Sequence record: DRR723986_10657
Strand: one strand, 5' to 3'
DNA length: 40,062 nucleotides
The notes beneath the pieces were generated by a model that did not search any database, was not told where the DNA came from, and worked only from the letters and a program-made list of their open reading frames with translations. Positions 7,270-15,863 of this stretch are shown here, piece by piece; position 1 is the stretch's first letter, and each line of letters begins with the position of its first letter. The translations under genes were made by a program, and so were the position numbers.

Positions 7270-10137
7270 TTAAAACTGGTTGCCTTGGAAGCGACGTTTC
7301 AGCCTAGAACGGAGCAGAATCGCCACTAAATTCAGAACCGCAACAATTGTGATTAACAACAAAGTACATGTGAAAACTAGTGGCACTGCCGCGTCACTGT
7401 TTTGACTTTGGAAGCCCATCACGTAAATCTGGTAACCCAGGTGCATGAAGCTTCGTGATAGGTGGAAGAATGGAAACTCGGTATCCACAGGTAGGTCGGG
7501 AGCCGATGGTAGGGCACCGACCAACATCAACGGTGCAACTTCGCCAGCACCGCGAGCCATCGCCAAGATCGCACCCGTAAGGATACCGGGGCGTGCGTGA
7601 GGCAGAATGATGCGTCGAATTGTCTGCCATTTGCTGGCACCGCAGGCAAGTGAGCCTTCTCGCAGTGAATTGGGCACCGCAGCAAGGGCTTCTTCAGTGG
7701 CGACGATCACAACAGGAAGTGTGAGCAAAGCCAGCGTCAAAGCTCCCCATAACAACCCACCTTTGCCGAACGTCGGATTGGGCAGGTAAGCCTGATAGAA
7801 TCCGTCAAAGAACGGACTCTTCAAAATCAAGGCAGCAAACAAACCAATACTTACTAACCACAGTCCCAAGCAAAAACGACTGATCAATCGTTTCGTTTTC
7901 GGAGTTTGTTGGGGTGAGCCAGTATAGAAGAAGCTGAAGAAGAAGGCGGCTGTTCCGGTGCAAGCCGTTACCGCAAGGAAGACGAACCAAATGTTCGGCG
8001 GCCAGGGATTGATGTCCGCATTCTTGGGGCCACCATCCACATACGCGCCGATGGTGTAACAGAAGAACGAGAAACCAAACACACCGTAAACAATCGAGGG
8101 CACTCCGGCCAAGTTGTTGATCGATATGCGGATGATGGAAACCAATGGCCCCGCACCGGCATACTCACGCAAATACAGGGCAGCCATAACTCCGAACGGG
8201 ACGACAGCAATCGTCATCAGCAGGGTCATAACAATCGTGCCCCAAATCACCGGGAACACACCGCCTTCGGAATTCGCTTCACGAGGATTCTCGGTCAGGA
8301 ATTCTTTCCATCGATCAAGATAGACCGACCACTTTTGACCGAAACTTAATTGATTGACCGAGACCAAGCGAACAATCTGCTCAGCAGGAATCGTCTCTAC
8401 CGTGTTGGAGACCAAGTTACGCGCAGTCGCTCCGACAGCCAGGGTGCTTGAAATCGAAATGGCTTGTCCGCTTTCGTCCAAAGCATCCAGCATTGCAAGG
8501 GAATCGGACACCACTGTTATGCTTACTGAGTCATCAACGACCGCGATCCCAGCCGCCTTTAATGCATCAAGGGAATCTTGCCCAACCTCTCCAGTCGCCA
8601 CCTCGTCAGCAACACTCGTCAACGTCGCATCCAAGACTGAGGAGCCATTCGGCACGGCAAAAGCAACACCGATTCGCGTTAGCTCTTCCTCGAGTTCCTC
8701 AATTCTCTCTTGAAGTGGTTGCTTCTGTTGGAAGACTTCTGAGTAGCCGTCACAATAGCTGCTGAGCGCGTCCTGAATCGGCTTTTCAGCCTCGGCGGAA
8801 AGCTGCAGCCACTGATCCACTTCGTTGTTAAGCGACTCCAAACGACTCGGCAAGGCTTCCTCGACTGCCAACTCGACGGCATCTTGCAAACCTTCAACCT
8901 CAAGATCCTTGTCACCGGAGTCCAAGTACTCGCTGAGCCGCTCGAGTTGTTCCTCCACTCGCACGCGTTCTTCGAGCTGGAAGTGGATTGCATCGGGTTG
9001 TTGTGATGAACGAGCGTCGGTGGACAACTCGGCGCGTCGAATATCCACTCGCAGTTCTGAAATCCTCAGATCCATGCGACTGACTTGGTACCGCAGATGC
9101 TCAAGCTCTCGCCGCGCATCAATCACTGCGGGGATGGCCCGTTGCAACCAGCGAGTCGAATTTTCCCTACCATGGTGAACGACGCGTGCGACCGAAAATC
9201 CATCCAGTAGAGTCTGTCGTGAATCTCCGTCTCCCCCGCCAGAGTCTCCCTCGTCGGCATCGGCAGCATCTTCTTCAGCCGATTCCTCTGCAGCATCTTG
9301 CCGTAAATCAGCGGCGGACACTTGCTGCCATGGACCAGACAATGAAGCTGCAACCTGGACGGCTTGATTCTCCTCCAGGTTTTCCGCGGCTTTGAGAGCC
9401 GAGGCTCTGGTGGCGGCCTGCTGTAAATCTGTGCGAACGGCATCCAACTGAGTCAACGCGTTGGAAATCGTTTCCCCATCCGCAGCTTGGTTGGCGGACT
9501 CAAGGGCTTCCTTCAGCTCATCTATCTGATCGATCGACGGATCGCCAAAGCCAATTTGCTCGGTGGCCAGGAGAGGGATACCGTAGAACCGCCCCCACTC
9601 AAGCCGCTCGACAACTGCCGCCCACGGGGGTGTGGAAATACTGCCCTCTTGTAGCAATGTCGAATCCATCCACCGATAATGGACCTGCGACAAGCGGTAA
9701 TTGCCCGTCCGATAGTAAGTACTGTACGTATCTTCGCCATCGGTTGAATCGGCGTCTGCAACAGGTTCGTTGGCTTCGGAACCATCGTCCTCGGAATCGG
9801 CTGAATCACCTTCCGCGGCATCATCGTCAGAAGCATCCTGCAAAACCATTTGGTTGGCATCGCCAGTGCGTCGTCCTTGTGGTTGCCCAATCTCTTGGGT
9901 GCCATCGCTGAGCACGAGCCAGTCAACTTGCTTTGGCCAAAAAGACGGCAGTCCTCGGTATAGCACCAATGTCAGCAGACTGATGATCATCGCCAAGCAG
10001 ACGACGAGCATTCCGCCAATCAGCCAAATCTGTGGCTCACCACGAGCGAGCAGCGAAAATCCGCTTTGCAGCGCCTTTCGCCGGTGCCGAGGTTTCTCTG
10101 CCTCTGAATTTGGAGCATCAGATGCTTGGGCAGTCAT
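7270..10137 (-). CDS. pstA: Phosphate ABC transporter permease PstA with a very large extracytoplasmic insertion
   Basis: PstA core NPREANSEGGVFPVIWGT, NLAGVPSIVYGVFG, EAA loop (EEALAAVPNSLREGSLACGASKWQTI) and ARGAGEVAPL. ATGA overlap with pstC. Confidence 0.92.
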   Translation of the reverse strand: MTAQASDAPNSEAEKPRHRRKALQSGFSLLARGEPQIWLIGGMLVVCLAMIISLLTLVLYRGLPSFWPKQVDWLVLSDGTQEIGQPQGRRTGDANQMVLQDASDDDAAEGDSADSEDDGSEANEPVADADSTDGEDTYSTYYRTGNYRLSQVHYRWMDSTLLQEGSISTPPWAAVVERLEWGRFYGIPLLATEQIGFGDPSIDQIDELKEALESANQAADGETISNALTQLDAVRTDLQQAATRASALKAAENLEENQAVQVAASLSGPWQQVSAADLRQDAAEESAEEDAADADEGDSGGGDGDSRQTLLDGFSVARVVHHGRENSTRWLQRAIPAVIDARRELEHLRYQVSRMDLRISELRVDIRRAELSTDARSSQQPDAIHFQLEERVRVEEQLERLSEYLDSGDKDLEVEGLQDAVELAVEEALPSRLESLNNEVDQWLQLSAEAEKPIQDALSSYCDGYSEVFQQKQPLQERIEELEEELTRIGVAFAVPNGSSVLDATLTSVADEVATGEVGQDSLDALKAAGIAVVDDSVSITVVSDSLAMLDALDESGQAISISSTLAVGATARNLVSNTVETIPAEQIVRLVSVNQLSFGQKWSVYLDRWKEFLTENPREANSEGGVFPVIWGTIVMTLLMTIAVVPFGVMAALYLREYAGAGPLVSIIRISINNLAGVPSIVYGVFGFSFFCYTIGAYVDGGPKNADINPWPPNIWFVFLAVTACTGTAAFFFSFFYTGSPQQTPKTKRLISRFCLGLWLVSIGLFAALILKSPFFDGFYQAYLPNPTFGKGGLLWGALTLALLTLPVVIVATEEALAAVPNSLREGSLACGASKWQTIRRIILPHARPGILTGAILAMARGAGEVAPLMLVGALPSAPDLPVDTEFPFFHLSRSFMHLGYQIYVMGFQSQNSDAAVPLVFTCTLLLITIVAVLNLVAILLRSRLKRRFQGNQF

Positions 10138-12788
10138 AGTTGGCTGGCCCTTTTTCGAAAGCGGATTCGCACAAATTCAGCCAAAGTGTTGGCAATCAAC
10201 GTAATGAAGAAGAGCACCAGAGCAGCGAGGAAGAGCGTGCGAAAGTGCGTACTCCCCTTTGCGGCCTCAGGCAACTCAGTGGCCAGTGCGGCACTCAGAG
10301 TCTTGAAGCCGTTAAAAATATTCCATTCCATGAGCGGTGTGTTCCCCGCGGCACAAAGCACCACCATCGTCTCCCCAACCGCTCGCCCGAGTCCGATCAT
10401 CACAGCACTAAACAATCCACTCATCGCACTCGGAACAACTACCCGCACCGTAGTCTGCCAGGGTGTCGCACCACATCCGAGTGAGGCACTTCGCAGTTGT
10501 TTTGGAACCGCTTGAAGCGCATCGTCGCTGATTGTGTAAATGATCGGAATCACGCAAAAGCCGAGGGCACCACCGACCAACAGGGCATTCTTATCTTGGT
10601 AGTCGTCAACGACGGTGCCGCGAAGGTCCAACCCGAACTGGGAAAGCATTAGCGAGATTCCCCACGCACCGGCCAGGACCGCGATGCTCGTCAGCAAAAA
10701 CCGACTGATGGAGAACAATGCAAATCCGCGTGGGCTTTTACCCGTTGCGTACTCTCGAATCCACGGAGCTAGCGGGCCACCGGTTAGCAAGACGGCAGCC
10801 AGGGTCAGAATGGGAATGAGTATCAGCATCCATCCACCAGTGCTTGAGGCTTCATCATCGCTCAGCCAAGCCACCAGATCACCAGAGAACATCCACGACT
10901 CAAAACCGTTGCCGAACCAATAGGCCAACAGGCACCCAAGTGGGAGGCAAACACACATCAGTGGCAAACGGAAGGCTTGCAAACGAACAAGCAGATCAAC
11001 CGGTAGCAGGCTCCACAAATGCCCTGCCAGCACGAATGTCACCGGGACGAGAACCAGGGCAGCGAGCACTGGCATCAAATGCTCTTGCAAATACGGGGCG
11101 ACAACCAATGCCGCGACGTACCCCAGCACAACGCTTGGCAGACTAGCCATCAACTCAACCAGCGGTTTGACGCGACCACGCATCTCGGAGCTTAGAAATT
11201 CACTGGTGTAGATTGCTGCCAGGATCGCCAGTGGGACACTAATCAGCATCGCGTAGACGGTGGCTTTCATCGTCCCAAAGATCAAAGGCATGAGGCTGAG
11301 CTTGATCTCCGCCTCCTCGGTCGCAGCGGACGATTGCCAGATATACTTCGGCGAGTCGTGCGCCTCGTACCACACCCGTCCAAAATATCCTTGAACGGAC
11401 GCCTCAGGGTGGCCAACATCAAAACTTGCCAGTTCGAGAGTTCCACTTGAGCTGGCGACCAGCATGTTTCCGTCCGGCCCTAGGCAAACGCTCGACAAAT
11501 CACCGCCGAGCGACGTCTCTCTGGAACCGAGAAAAGTGTTGTTGGTTACGTAAGCGAGCAATGCATTGCCACTGGAGTCGGCTGCGACCGCAACGTGCGA
11601 TTGCTTGCTGGACGCGACAGCAACAATCGGTGAACTGGAGATCTGGATGGAGTGAGTTTTCGCCAGCAGCAGACCGTCAGCGTTGATTGTGTTTTCGGTT
11701 TCTTCTCGAACAATGGCCCACCCCTGCAGTTCGCCAGATTCGGTGCCGCAGAGTAGCGTTTGGCGAGCCAGCAACATTCCAGCGCTGCGGAGTTCGCTGC
11801 CATCGGCGGTAGTACTCTGACTCTCCATCAGGGTGATCGAATCATCGCCGATTTCGAATCGATCGAGCGTTCCATTTGGCCAAGCAATGACGACTTGACC
11901 GCCACTGTTCATCGCCGCAAGCGTTAGCGGGCGACCATCCTGACTGCGAGCCGTAACCTCGGCTTCAATCAATTCCGTGCTCTCACGCACGCGGCCAAGG
12001 CGTTTGGACTTCGTTATCGTGCAGTGAACCAATTTGTTCTTCGTCAGGGCAACCGCATGATCGACTGTCGAACGCGCGAACCTGTTAGACGACGAACTAG
12101 GCAGGAAATCGACGGCGAGCACGGGCTCATCGGCAACCTCGTAAGCACTCGACCACTCCGGTTCTTCCAAACGCGTTTTTCTAGCGGTGTTGGAATCGAA
12201 CCACTGGTAGACCGTATCACCTGAGTGCGCGACCTTTTGCTCTTCGGTCACAAACTCCTCTTCAGGCAAATCGGCGTTTGCAATCAAGGCATCTTCAAAA
12301 GAGAGTTTTGCTACGCGAATTGTTCCATCGGAAAAACCGAGTGCAACAGTTTCACGGTCGATGGAAACATACGACGCAGTCACCTCAACTTCATCATCTT
12401 GATCAACGGGATACGTTGCGAGCAGTTCGCCGCCGATCGTCTCGCGGACTTCCACTGTCCCTTCGGCTGTTAGTCCCCAGGTCATTACTCCGTCAGCGTC
12501 GACACCAACAAAACTGTATTCTGGAACCTTGAGCGTGGTTGAGTCCTTGAAGTCAGGACCGTTGATCAAGGGCAGGGCGGTGCCGACCAAAACAAGCACG
12601 ACGAGAAGGATGGCGACAATGGTGCCAATGCCGCCGACGGCGATAACACGAGAAGCCAAGGCGTCGCCAAACTTAACGCTCCACGGCGTCTGTTTTCTGC
12701 GACTTTGTCCGGCATAAGATTTTCCGGCCACAATTCTTTTCCGCTCTTGGCAGTGCTTTCGCGTGTCGCGTTCACGTTCCGTGGACAT
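10134..12788 (-). CDS. pstC: Phosphate ABC transporter permease PstC with a large N-terminal beta-rich (propeller-like) extracytoplasmic domain
   Basis: WQSS...KLSLMPLIFGTMKA, ELMASLPSVVLG, DDALQAVPKQLRSASLGCGATPWQT and GRAVGETM. Lies between pstS and pstA. Confidence 0.92.
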   Translation of the reverse strand: MSTERERDTRKHCQERKRIVAGKSYAGQSRRKQTPWSVKFGDALASRVIAVGGIGTIVAILLVVLVLVGTALPLINGPDFKDSTTLKVPEYSFVGVDADGVMTWGLTAEGTVEVRETIGGELLATYPVDQDDEVEVTASYVSIDRETVALGFSDGTIRVAKLSFEDALIANADLPEEEFVTEEQKVAHSGDTVYQWFDSNTARKTRLEEPEWSSAYEVADEPVLAVDFLPSSSSNRFARSTVDHAVALTKNKLVHCTITKSKRLGRVRESTELIEAEVTARSQDGRPLTLAAMNSGGQVVIAWPNGTLDRFEIGDDSITLMESQSTTADGSELRSAGMLLARQTLLCGTESGELQGWAIVREETENTINADGLLLAKTHSIQISSSPIVAVASSKQSHVAVAADSSGNALLAYVTNNTFLGSRETSLGGDLSSVCLGPDGNMLVASSSGTLELASFDVGHPEASVQGYFGRVWYEAHDSPKYIWQSSAATEEAEIKLSLMPLIFGTMKATVYAMLISVPLAILAAIYTSEFLSSEMRGRVKPLVELMASLPSVVLGYVAALVVAPYLQEHLMPVLAALVLVPVTFVLAGHLWSLLPVDLLVRLQAFRLPLMCVCLPLGCLLAYWFGNGFESWMFSGDLVAWLSDDEASSTGGWMLILIPILTLAAVLLTGGPLAPWIREYATGKSPRGFALFSISRFLLTSIAVLAGAWGISLMLSQFGLDLRGTVVDDYQDKNALLVGGALGFCVIPIIYTISDDALQAVPKQLRSASLGCGATPWQTTVRVVVPSAMSGLFSAVMIGLGRAVGETMVVLCAAGNTPLMEWNIFNGFKTLSAALATELPEAAKGSTHFRTLFLAALVLFFITLIANTLAEFVRIRFRKRASQL

Positions 12789-13097
12789 TGTTTATACAAC
12801 GTCGAAAGAACGATGCTCGGTTGCTCAACCATTACAGAGGAAAAGCATCATCAAGGACGCGAGATCATAACATTTGGCTTCTAGCTTTGAACCCGCTTTT
12901 GGGCAGTTTGAACCAAATGAAACAGACTCTTAACGAACGGTAGGGAAAGTTTGTATCGATATCGCAAAGTCGACAAACCAACTCGCATCTAGCCAAGTTG
13001 CCCAACCATCAAAATCAAGGAGAATCGACAGCCATTGGACTCGCAAAGCCACCGATTAACGGCGATTCTGCGCTACCGTCGCGGCACCTGTATTTCT

Positions 13098-13139
13098 GGG
13101 AGCCAGCTATGCTTCCTCGATGGTAGGTAGCTGGCCCCC
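13098..13139 (-). other. GC-rich stem-loop 3' of pstS (mRNA stabiliser or attenuator candidate)
   Basis: On the - strand, GGGGGCCAGCUA pairs with UAGCUGGCUCCC (12 bp, one G-U). No U-tract follows, so it is not a classical terminator. Confidence 0.5.
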
Positions 13140-13191
13140 TTGTGTCTGACCGGGCGTCGAATAGCTGGCCGGCGATTCGGCCAAACTTAGG

Positions 13192-14154
13192 CTACTTTAG
13201 CCCAACAGAGGCCAAGGCTTCTTCAGCGATTTCGGCTGAGACTGGCAAGTAGCCATCTTTGACGACCTGGGCCTGACCTTGCTTGCTGTAGACATATTTG
13301 ATGAACTCAGCTCGCATAGGATCCAGCGGCTGGGTCGGGTTGTAGTTGACAGCCAGGTACAGGAAGCGCGAAAGTGGGTAATCACCGCTGTAGGCATTCT
13401 CTGGCACAGGAGCCACGGCGTCTTTTACATCGCCCTCAGAAACAGCAATCGCACGGACATCGGCAGTCTTGTAACCGATTCCGCTATAACCGATCCCGCC
13501 GCGATTTCCACCAACAGCTTGAACGACGCCAGCACTACCGGGCAACTCGCTCACCCACTTGCCGTAGTCGCCATCGCCTAGGACAACGTCTTTGAAATAG
13601 CCGTAAGTGCCACTTGCTGCATTACGTCCGTAACAAGTAATCGCCGGGCCGTTGGAGAAGAACGTCTTCCAACTATCCAGCCGCTGCTTTGAACCCATCT
13701 TCCGCGTGCTGGAGAAGATTGCGTCGATCTGCTCGAAGCTCAAGGCCTCGATCGGGTTATCCTTGTTGACGTAAACAGCCAGCATATCAATGCTCGTTGG
13801 CAAGATCGTGGGCTCGTAGCCGTACTTGTCCTTGAACTTTTTGATCTCAGCCGCCTTGGGCTCACGGCTCATTGGACCAAATGTTGCCTTGCCTTCGATA
13901 AGTGCTGGGATCGCATTTGAAGAGCCCTTGCCGTCCACCGCTGGCTTCACGCTGGGGTACATCTTCTTGAACTCTTCGGTCCAGAGCCCCATCATGTTGT
14001 TCATGGTGTCGGAGCCGACGGTTTCCAGGTTGGCCCCGGCGATGCCCGAAATTGCTTTGTATTTCGGCAGTTTGTCATCCACCGTCACTTTGTCCTGAGC
14101 CAAAACAGGACCTGACAGAAGCAGGAGGAGTGCGATCGCAGTTGACTTGTTCAT
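13192..14154 (-). CDS. pstS: Phosphate ABC transporter substrate-binding protein
   Basis: Signal peptide, VGSDTM, GKGSSNA, MSR, YGRNAASGTYGYF, GIGYSGIGY and YPLSRFLY. Confidence 0.96.
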   Translation of the reverse strand: MNKSTAIALLLLLSGPVLAQDKVTVDDKLPKYKAISGIAGANLETVGSDTMNNMMGLWTEEFKKMYPSVKPAVDGKGSSNAIPALIEGKATFGPMSREPKAAEIKKFKDKYGYEPTILPTSIDMLAVYVNKDNPIEALSFEQIDAIFSSTRKMGSKQRLDSWKTFFSNGPAITCYGRNAASGTYGYFKDVVLGDGDYGKWVSELPGSAGVVQAVGGNRGGIGYSGIGYKTADVRAIAVSEGDVKDAVAPVPENAYSGDYPLSRFLYLAVNYNPTQPLDPMRAEFIKYVYSKQGQAQVVKDGYLPVSAEIAEEALASVGLK

Positions 14155-14288
14155 CTTCTTAAACGCCTAAGATTTCTAATGGAGCGAAGGTCTCTCAGAA
14201 GGCTCTGCCGAAGCTTTCCCGCCGCTGAGAGGATCCGGATTCTCGCCCGATAGAATGGCATTTGCAAGTCAGCCCTGGAAACCCACTT

Positions 14289-14309
14289 TTGTTAAGAAAG
14301 CATTAACAA
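14289..14309. promoter_or_regulatory. Candidate operator / Pho-box-like site upstream of pstS
   Basis: TTGTTAA-gaaagca-TTAACAA is a perfect 7-bp inverted repeat whose TTAA cores (14292, 14303) are 11 bp apart. It is AT-rich in a GC-rich background and lies about 135 bp upstream of the pstS ATG. Confidence 0.45.
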
Positions 14310-14517
14310 TGGGCAGGCTAGGCCGCTGACGGGGCAATGCGAGGAGTCAAAATAGGGGATTTGGGCCTAAAGCAGTTTTCTGGCCTCGGCTCGCTTGTGC
14401 TCTCAACTGTACTTTGCATTGGCTGATAGTGTTCATCAAGTCGCTTCGCAGCATGCCTGGCGCACGGCGAAAAACTGCTCAAGCGCTGCATTTTGTAGGG
14501 CTACGGCCCGACCGCGC

Positions 14518-14555
14518 GTGCCTACTACCTTGAAAAGTGCCTACTACCTTGAAAG
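14518..14555. repeat. 19-bp tandem direct repeat (2 copies)
   Basis: GTGCCTACTACCTTGAAAA followed by GTGCCTACTACCTTGAAAG (18/19 identical), in intergenic DNA just past the DUF1501 stop. Confidence 0.85.
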
Positions 14556-14584
14556 CAGTGTGTTTGGGCTACTTGGGAAGGAAG

Positions 14585-15838
14585 TTAGATGTCGAAGAGA
14601 TCCAACGATTCATAGTCGCCGCCCAGCACTGGCCGGGGTTCTATTTCCAGCCATTCACGTAGCAAAGTGGCATAGAGCCGGCGGAAATCAACCGAGTACC
14701 TTACGTCACCGTCATCTAAGTCCTGAAGGTTTGGCGACTCGCCCAGAACTCCCCCTCGGACACGATTGCCGAGCATGAAGGCCGGAGCGGCAGCCCCATG
14801 GTCGGTCCCTTCACTGGCATTTTCACGAACTCGCCGCCCGAACTCGCTGAATGTGAACAGACACACTCGGTCCGCATCACCTGATGCCTCAAGCTGCCGC
14901 TGCAGCGCGGCCGTGGCTTCGGACCATGTCTGAAGTAGGCTGCGATGCGAATCCGCCTGGCGAGCATGAGTATCAAACCCATCCAATTGCACATAATAGA
15001 TTTGAGTATCCAAACCAGCGGCAATGAGCTGGCCAACAACCGACAACTTCTGCCCCAAGTCAGACTTCGGCGTTTGGGGCGACATCCCCTTCATATCAAT
15101 GGCCCCTCCGATCCGCTCGCTAGAAACCACAGCGCTGGAAGTGTTGGATTGAATGAAGCCAAGCAAATCATCGCTGGCTGGTTCCGCCACCGGTTCGCGA
15201 AGTAGCTTTTGCAAGTTCTCTCGTGCCTGACCGCGCAACTGAAACTCATCGACGCTTGCCAACGAGGGGAATGCTCGGCTGTTTGACGCCAAAGCCAGTG
15301 GTTGCTTCTGAGCACCTAAATGCATCGCAAAGGGATCACCTCCGCTCGATTCCAAGGTCTCTGCAGCTTGGCCAATCCATCCGCCGGTACGCCTATCCTT
15401 TGCAGCCGAACAGGTATGCCAGATATCCATGGATTCAAAATGGGATCGGTTGGGAGATTCATAACCAACGCCCTGGACAACCGCAAACTGCCCTGACTCA
15501 TAGCAATTTGCAAGCTCCTTCATCGCAGGATGCAACCCAGCCTCATCAGTCAGTCCCAGCACGTCGCCTTTGGGGATAGCAAGCTTTGGCCGCGAACTGT
15601 AGTATTCCTTGTCGGTAAATGGCACAACTGTATTCAGTCCGTCGTTGCCACCGCTGAGCTGCACGACAACAACGATTCGCTTGTCACCTCGACCACCGGC
15701 AGAATCCGCAGCTCCCTCCATCGACAGTGCTGCAGCACGAGCTAGAGAACTAGGAAGTGCAGCGTCGATTCCGAGAGCAGCGTATGCTCCGACACTACCA
15801 CCGAGCAAATTTCTGCGACTGAGCTTTTTGTTCAACAT
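14585..15838 (-). CDS. DUF1501 family protein (Tat-like signal)
   Basis: SRRNLLG, VVQLSGGNDGLNTVVP, PNRSHF, GFDTH, FSEFGRR and GTDHG. Start moved to MLNKK (15838) to avoid overlapping DUF1800; 15847 is also possible. Confidence 0.9.
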   Translation of the reverse strand: MLNKKLSRRNLLGGSVGAYAALGIDAALPSSLARAAALSMEGAADSAGGRGDKRIVVVVQLSGGNDGLNTVVPFTDKEYYSSRPKLAIPKGDVLGLTDEAGLHPAMKELANCYESGQFAVVQGVGYESPNRSHFESMDIWHTCSAAKDRRTGGWIGQAAETLESSGGDPFAMHLGAQKQPLALASNSRAFPSLASVDEFQLRGQARENLQKLLREPVAEPASDDLLGFIQSNTSSAVVSSERIGGAIDMKGMSPQTPKSDLGQKLSVVGQLIAAGLDTQIYYVQLDGFDTHARQADSHRSLLQTWSEATAALQRQLEASGDADRVCLFTFSEFGRRVRENASEGTDHGAAAPAFMLGNRVRGGVLGESPNLQDLDDGDVRYSVDFRRLYATLLREWLEIEPRPVLGGDYESLDLFDI

Positions 15839-15863
15839 ACTTCTCATCCAACCAAGAATTTTT

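Noticed and set aside
12886-12934. TTTGAACC repeated at 12886 and 12907 as a second Pho box before pstC
   Set aside because: 21-bp spacing and weak intervening matches; not distinguishable from chance.
14518-14555. Tandem repeat as a mini-CRISPR
   Set aside because: Only two 19-bp units, no spacer and no cas genes.
14395-14778. 127-aa + strand ORF
   Set aside because: Overlaps the DUF1501 3' end on the opposite strand, runs through the tandem repeat, and has a TTG start and no domain.
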